A program made the translations under genes and the position numbers. The notes beneath the pieces are model-generated. The model was given only the letters and a program-made list of their open reading frames with translations. It had not been told where the DNA came from and did not search any database. A DNA stretch of 52,378 nt, filler included, from Squatina squatina (lineage: Eukaryota), in the NCBI GenBank assembly GCA_031763465.1. It is 3 parts of 3 records of this genome, joined end to end, with 100 filler letters (N's around TTAATTAATTAA, not from the genome) between each part and the next. Parts side by side here need not be neighbours in the genome. Positions count along the whole stretch, not along the records: positions 34,709 to 52,378 come from JARFOE010367692.1; 2 more parts are not named here. One strand, 5' to 3'. Every line of letters begins with the position of its first letter. Position 1 is the first letter of the stretch. Shown here one piece after another: positions 47,698 through 52,378 of this stretch.

Positions 47698-49827
47698 GTT
47701 GTTATTTTTCATTAAGAACTCATTTCCAACCCATAGTGAAGGGCTTTGGGACATCTATGTAAATTAATAAAATTACTTCACTTTAATTAAACCGGCTGAT
47801 ATCAAAATTACTTCCCTAACTGGGAATTGAACTCTGGACGATAACGTGATTTAATTTGATTTATGAGCCATTTAAAAGTGCCCTCTGAAAATCTTTCACT
47901 GCTGGTTTGAAAACAATGTTGTAATTTATTTCGAGACAAATGGAGGGGATTGAAAATGATATTAAAAACACCAGGGAGTACCCATGCTGAGACACAGTTG
48001 AAATTCTAATGAAGTTGTTGCGATGTAATTCTTGAGCTAAAACTGCTGCCAATCGACGTTCGAGCTTCCCTCGAGGATCACCTCACAGATATCAGGGGCA
48101 GCACAGTTTTCTCAACTGCAAACACCCTGCTTTCTTATTCAACACAAGAAGAAGAGACATGGACGGGAGACAGACGCCACACCGTTTCGTTAAAAGCACA
48201 TATTTCAGGAACAATTACAGTGTGGAACCTGAAAATGAGCATGGTGGGGTTTTTTCCGCGTGGAAGATTCTATTTACTTTGTATTAATTCCTGTAACATT
48301 TGACAGATCGTGCCCCAAATTGCTGGTGTCATCCATGGTGAATCTTTCGAAGCGGACACCAAAATACAGTGTGTAAGTTGCAAAATGGTTCACCAGTTAA
48401 CATGCAAAGCACAGAAGAAATAACTGGTAAACCCACTCCAAGGCAGCGAGCTTTCATTGTGCAGAAGCACTTTATCGGCTAATTAAATATGCCTTCCCGT
48501 GAAAGCCACAAAAAAAAGTTTAACGAAAATTATTCACTTCAATATAGTCTCGAAGCTACTGCCTTGGAATTAACAGTCTCAAACCATCCTGGACTGAGCG
48601 GCCCGGTCTTTTTAAAGCTCTTATCGCTGTCGCCGCTTGCAGCCTGGAAGCTGTCGAGTCCACCCCACGTGTTTCACTTCTTCTGCAAACGACGGACCAG
48701 TTTCTCCTGAATTGCAAGTTTTGGAGGAACATCAGCCAACAAAAGCCCATTCATTAAAAACTGCGGTTCAGGCAATTTCCTAATCGCAAATCACTTTTAG
48801 TCCTTGTCAATATCTCTTGCCTATTTCCTGGTGTTCCCCGATTGTGTTTGCCTCCCTGGCTCTGTTTAATCTGTGTGTGGCCACGTGCAGTTTCATTTGG
48901 AACGAGTACCTGTGTCTGGGAATCGTAGCATCGCAGACATCTAAAAGCAAGAAGCAGCCCATTCGGCCCACAGTGGTTGTGACGTATAGGGCACTAGTAA
49001 AATGCCCCAGGTTCCATCCTGGGCATTAATATTATTTTGGAGATTTGTTTTTAATTGAAATTATGCTCACAAAAGTATAAACAGATTCCTTGCCTTAAAT
49101 AATGAACATTGAACACCAGTCTCCTAAAATGCAGATGAGGGAAAATCATATAGGGGATAAAACTTAATTTATGATTAGAGTTTTGAAAAGTATTAAATTC
49201 CAATTATTGAATTTTCTGACTGTCTCTCATTAACCCTGTTAGCCTTTCTCTCATTCTGCTAAACAAGGGTATCAGTTACTCAATGGTTATTATTCCAACC
49301 CCACACCCCCTCAGCCTCAGCACAGTTTTATTCGTTACACTTGATAATTTGAAACAATGAATTAAGGAAGTTACTTTCCGAACCTGGGTTGCATCGATGA
49401 GCAGCTGACCACCTAACGACCAGGAAACACACTGAACAGATAATCACAATCGCTCAGATCGCTTATCTTTTTTTTATCTCTCTACCCTTTTCTACTCCTG
49501 ACTGCAGATGTTTCTGCGATTGAACACAAATAAAATGCAACCCTTCACAGGTCCTGTCTCGTGTAATACCAGCTGATCTATGCCACATTTCAGGCACCAT
49601 ACCGACACTGTAATTATTCCCTTTTCCCCATTTCCAGAGCTCAGAGAGTTGATATCCGTCCCTGAGGTACAATCTACCACGGAACCAGGCCCAACCTCCC
49701 CATACACCGAGCACAGATTCCGGAAAACCCCGAGGAGATGATATCTAGTTCAATGGGTGTCCCAGCAACAATCGCCCGGACTGGAGCGTTCTAAATATGG
49801 AAGCGATTATTAGCAAGTGTGTCATGT

Positions 49828-49915
49828 ATCAGGCTGGCTGGTGGAGTGGTCTAAGTTTCTGTGTTTGGAATATAATTTCTTCTGGAGCCTTGGGTTTGCA
49901 AACTCACTGCTGACT
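49828..49915 (+). pseudogene. tRNA-Leu pseudogene (second array unit)
   Basis: atcaggctgg...gagtggtctaag...tctggagccttgggtttgcaaactcactgctgac, at the position homologous to 47631. Confidence 0.6.
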
Positions 49916-51396
49916 AGGCTTTTTTTAATTAACAGCTCATGTTGACACCACTGTGAAGTGCTTGTGGACATCTGTGTGATTTAATAAAATTACTTCACTT
50001 TAATTAAGAACGTTGCTATCAACATTACTTCCCAAACTAGGAATTGAACTCTGAACGCTGACATGGTTGTAATGGATTTTCAAATCATTTAAAATTGCCT
50101 TCAAATAAAAATTCAATGCTCCTTTCAAAACATGCTGGCAATTTATTTCGTCTCAATAGAAGGGGTTTGCCAATGATATTTAAATCTCTAGGCCGCGCCC
50201 AGAGTGAGAGAGAGTTGAACTTCTGGTGGAGTTGGTGCTACGAAGTAACTGATTAGTTAAAGCTGGCAGCGATCAAATGGCGAGAAACCTCAATATAAAG
50301 GATCAGCTCACACATATAAGGGGCTGTGCAGTCTGCTCAACGTCAAACCCGCTCATTTCTTGTTCAACACAGGTAGAAGACACCAGAACGGCAGTGAGAC
50401 CCCACAAATTTTAATTAAATGCACAATTACAAGTCAAACTTACATCCAAATAGAGTCACAGTAAAATTGTTTCAATTTATTACAAAGCTTACTGCGTTGA
50501 CTCAGAATATGAGCACCATGGGATTTCATCTTCACGAATGATTCATTTTTTAGTGCATGGTAGAAATAACCGGTCCTGTAAAATTTGACAGATAGTGTCC
50601 CAAATTCCTGTTGCTATCAGCAGTGAACATTGTGAACCAGACTCCAAATATACACTGTATAAAATGGAAATGGTTTAACAGTTAACATGCAAAGCACCCA
50701 CCAAATTATTGAAATATCGACTCTAACTCAGCTCACTTTCATTGTGCAGGACAAGACTGTTGCCCAATTAATGATGTTTTCCCGTGAAAGGGTATGTCCC
50801 TCAGCAACTATGTCAGCATTTATTCTGTCCTGATAATCAACGCTATCTTTTAATGAATGGTGATGTGTCTTCCCCCCCGCACCCCCCTGCAGAGCTTAGT
50901 TAGTTGCATGCAAATATTCTTAAAGATTTTTAATTAAACAGTTACGTCACAAACCTGGGAGAGCCCCTGACCACTAAACAATCAGGAAACACATTTGCTC
51001 ACAGTTCATATATTTTATCTGGTGTTCTCCAGCGCTTCCTCGTGTTCCGCTCCTGACTGCAGATATTCCATGTGATTAAACGTGAATAAAATGCCATGTC
51101 TCCCAGTCCTTGCCTCGGTTAATACCAGCAGATCTCAGCAGTACTTCAGACGAGGAAATAAAGCCACGAATTATTTGCCCTTCCCCAGTTCCAGAGCTCA
51201 GAGCTTTATTGTCCATCCCTGGGATGCAACCTAAAAGGAAGCTGGGCCCAACCTCCCCATATACCTAGCACAGGCACAGGAAAACCCCAGGGGAGATGGT
51301 GTCCCGCTCACTCAATCTTCAATCACCATGAAATAATCGCCAAAAACGGGACATTCCAAAGGCAGAAGAGATGAGCTAAAATCGGGACAATTAATA

Positions 51397-51461
51397 TTCA
51401 GGATGGAGAGGTTCATGTCGCAGTCTCCTGGGGGGCTTAGTTTCAAATCCCACTTTTGACA
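51397..51461 (+). pseudogene. tRNA-Leu pseudogene, D-arm deleted (third array unit)
   Basis: tcaggatgg..gttcatgtcgcagtctcctgg...ttcaaatcccacttttgaca matches the anticodon arm, variable arm and 3' end of tRNA-Leu(CAG). Confidence 0.65.
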
Positions 51462-52082
51462 TTCAATACTCTTAATTTCGAACTGATATTGGCACAAAGT
51501 GTGAAGTGGTTTGGACATGTTATCTACCATAATAACTTTGAGTTAATTAAAGTGGTTATGTGAGACTTCCTTCCATAACCGGGAATGGAAGCCAGATGGA
51601 TACATTGACCAGAGTGTTGTTGAGAATCGTTCAAATTCACCCTGAAAAAAATCTCGCTCTACTGATTTGAAAACACGTTTGCAATTTGTTTCAGTTTAAA
51701 AGAACGGGATTGAAAATTTTAATAAAAGCGCCAGGAAGCGCCTATGGTGAGTTGGAGTTGAACTTCTGATAAAGTGGGTGCTGTGATGTCAACGCTGAGC
51801 AAAAACTGGCGCCGCTTGAAGTCGGGAAAACTCAATGTAATTGATCAGCTCACAAATATCAGGGGCAGTGCCGTGTCATCAAAGTCAAGGAGAAGTAGAT
51901 TTAAAACAAATTTATAGCAAATTAAATCTATTTTTGGCATTTTCATATAACAGTGCTTTCACTGCCAACTCCTTTCACTTTGAAAGAAATGTCGCTCAAA
52001 TATCAGCTCCTTAAGTCAACACATGTTATTTTCTACTGCATTTGCTGATGGTATTTGCATGCAACATTTTCAGATTTCTGCA

Positions 52083-52378
52083 TCATTGAAGTAATTTAAC
52101 AATTGGGTTCAGAAGGAACTTCACCCCGTTCTTCAGCTCCTCTCTGAAGTTAGCCTGTGTCAGCACATAAATTAACGTGTTTGTACAGCAACTTAGATCC
52201 ATAAGCATGAATCCGAACAACTCGAAGTAATTGCCGTCATTATACTGAGAGACTGTTATACGTAGAGAGATAAAATATGCAACGATCGTCGCCCATAACA
52301 TTATAAAACTGCCAGATATACTGAAGAGTAAAATGATAGATTTCCTTCGGTTCTCCATCTCCGGATCCTTGTGAGTCT
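52083..52378 (-). CDS. Class A GPCR, GPR139/GPR142-like, 3' part (TM6-TM7-helix 8); runs off the window end
   Basis: Open frame THKDPEMENRRKSIILLFSISGSFIMLWAT...GFMLMDLSCCTNTLIYVLTQANFREELK: hydrophobic TM6 and TM7, an NTLIY variant of NPxxY, and an FREEL helix 8. Confidence 0.85.
   Translation of the reverse strand, partial: THKDPEMENRRKSIILLFSISGSFIMLWATIVAYFISLRITVSQYNDGNYFELFGFMLMDLSCCTNTLIYVLTQANFREELKNGVKFLLNPIVKLLQ

Larger units (their letters stand above)
46200..51890. repeat. Diverged tandem array, about 2.3-kb unit, about 2.5 copies, carrying decayed tRNA genes
   Basis: Shared anchors: ttctgactgtctctca (about 47000/49213); ggcccaacctcccc (about 47479/49688/51245); gatca.ctcaca.atat.agggg (about 48075/50321/51843); tcccgtgaaag (about 48496/50780). 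Confidence 0.85.

Noticed and set aside
48955-49028. tRNA-like segment (ccccaggttccatcctggg) at a position homologous to the Val pseudogene
   Set aside because: Too decayed to assign an isotype; counted only as part of the array.

Overview
This is eukaryotic DNA from a cartilaginous fish, probably a shark, judged from the NPY precursor, the Deu/L2-tailed SINEs, the CR1/L2/RTE LINEs and a GPR139-like receptor. It comes from a heavily gapped draft scaffold. Positions 1-34708 are many short contigs joined mostly by 100-N spacers, two of which contain an artificial TTAATTAATTAA linker, so order and distances there are unreliable. That part carries isolated + strand exons of STK31 (three pseudokinase-domain exons), one MCC exon, NPY exon 2 and two MPP6/PALS2-like L27-region exons. 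STK31-NPY-MPP6 is the known mammalian gene order. Positions 34709-52378 are one ungapped contig that probably comes from a different locus. It holds a decayed two-gene PIF/Harbinger transposon (transposase plus a spliced Myb/SANT gene with a nested CR1), a second diverged copy of that Myb gene, an approximately 2.3-kb-period tandem array of decayed tRNA genes (Val, Glu, Leu-CAG), and the 3' end of a GPR139-like GPCR. The most notable observation is an NPY mature peptide with five substitutions in its first 13 residues and a strong cationic shift. All homology calls come from recalled sequences, not from database searches. I found no convincing wholly new multi-gene system.
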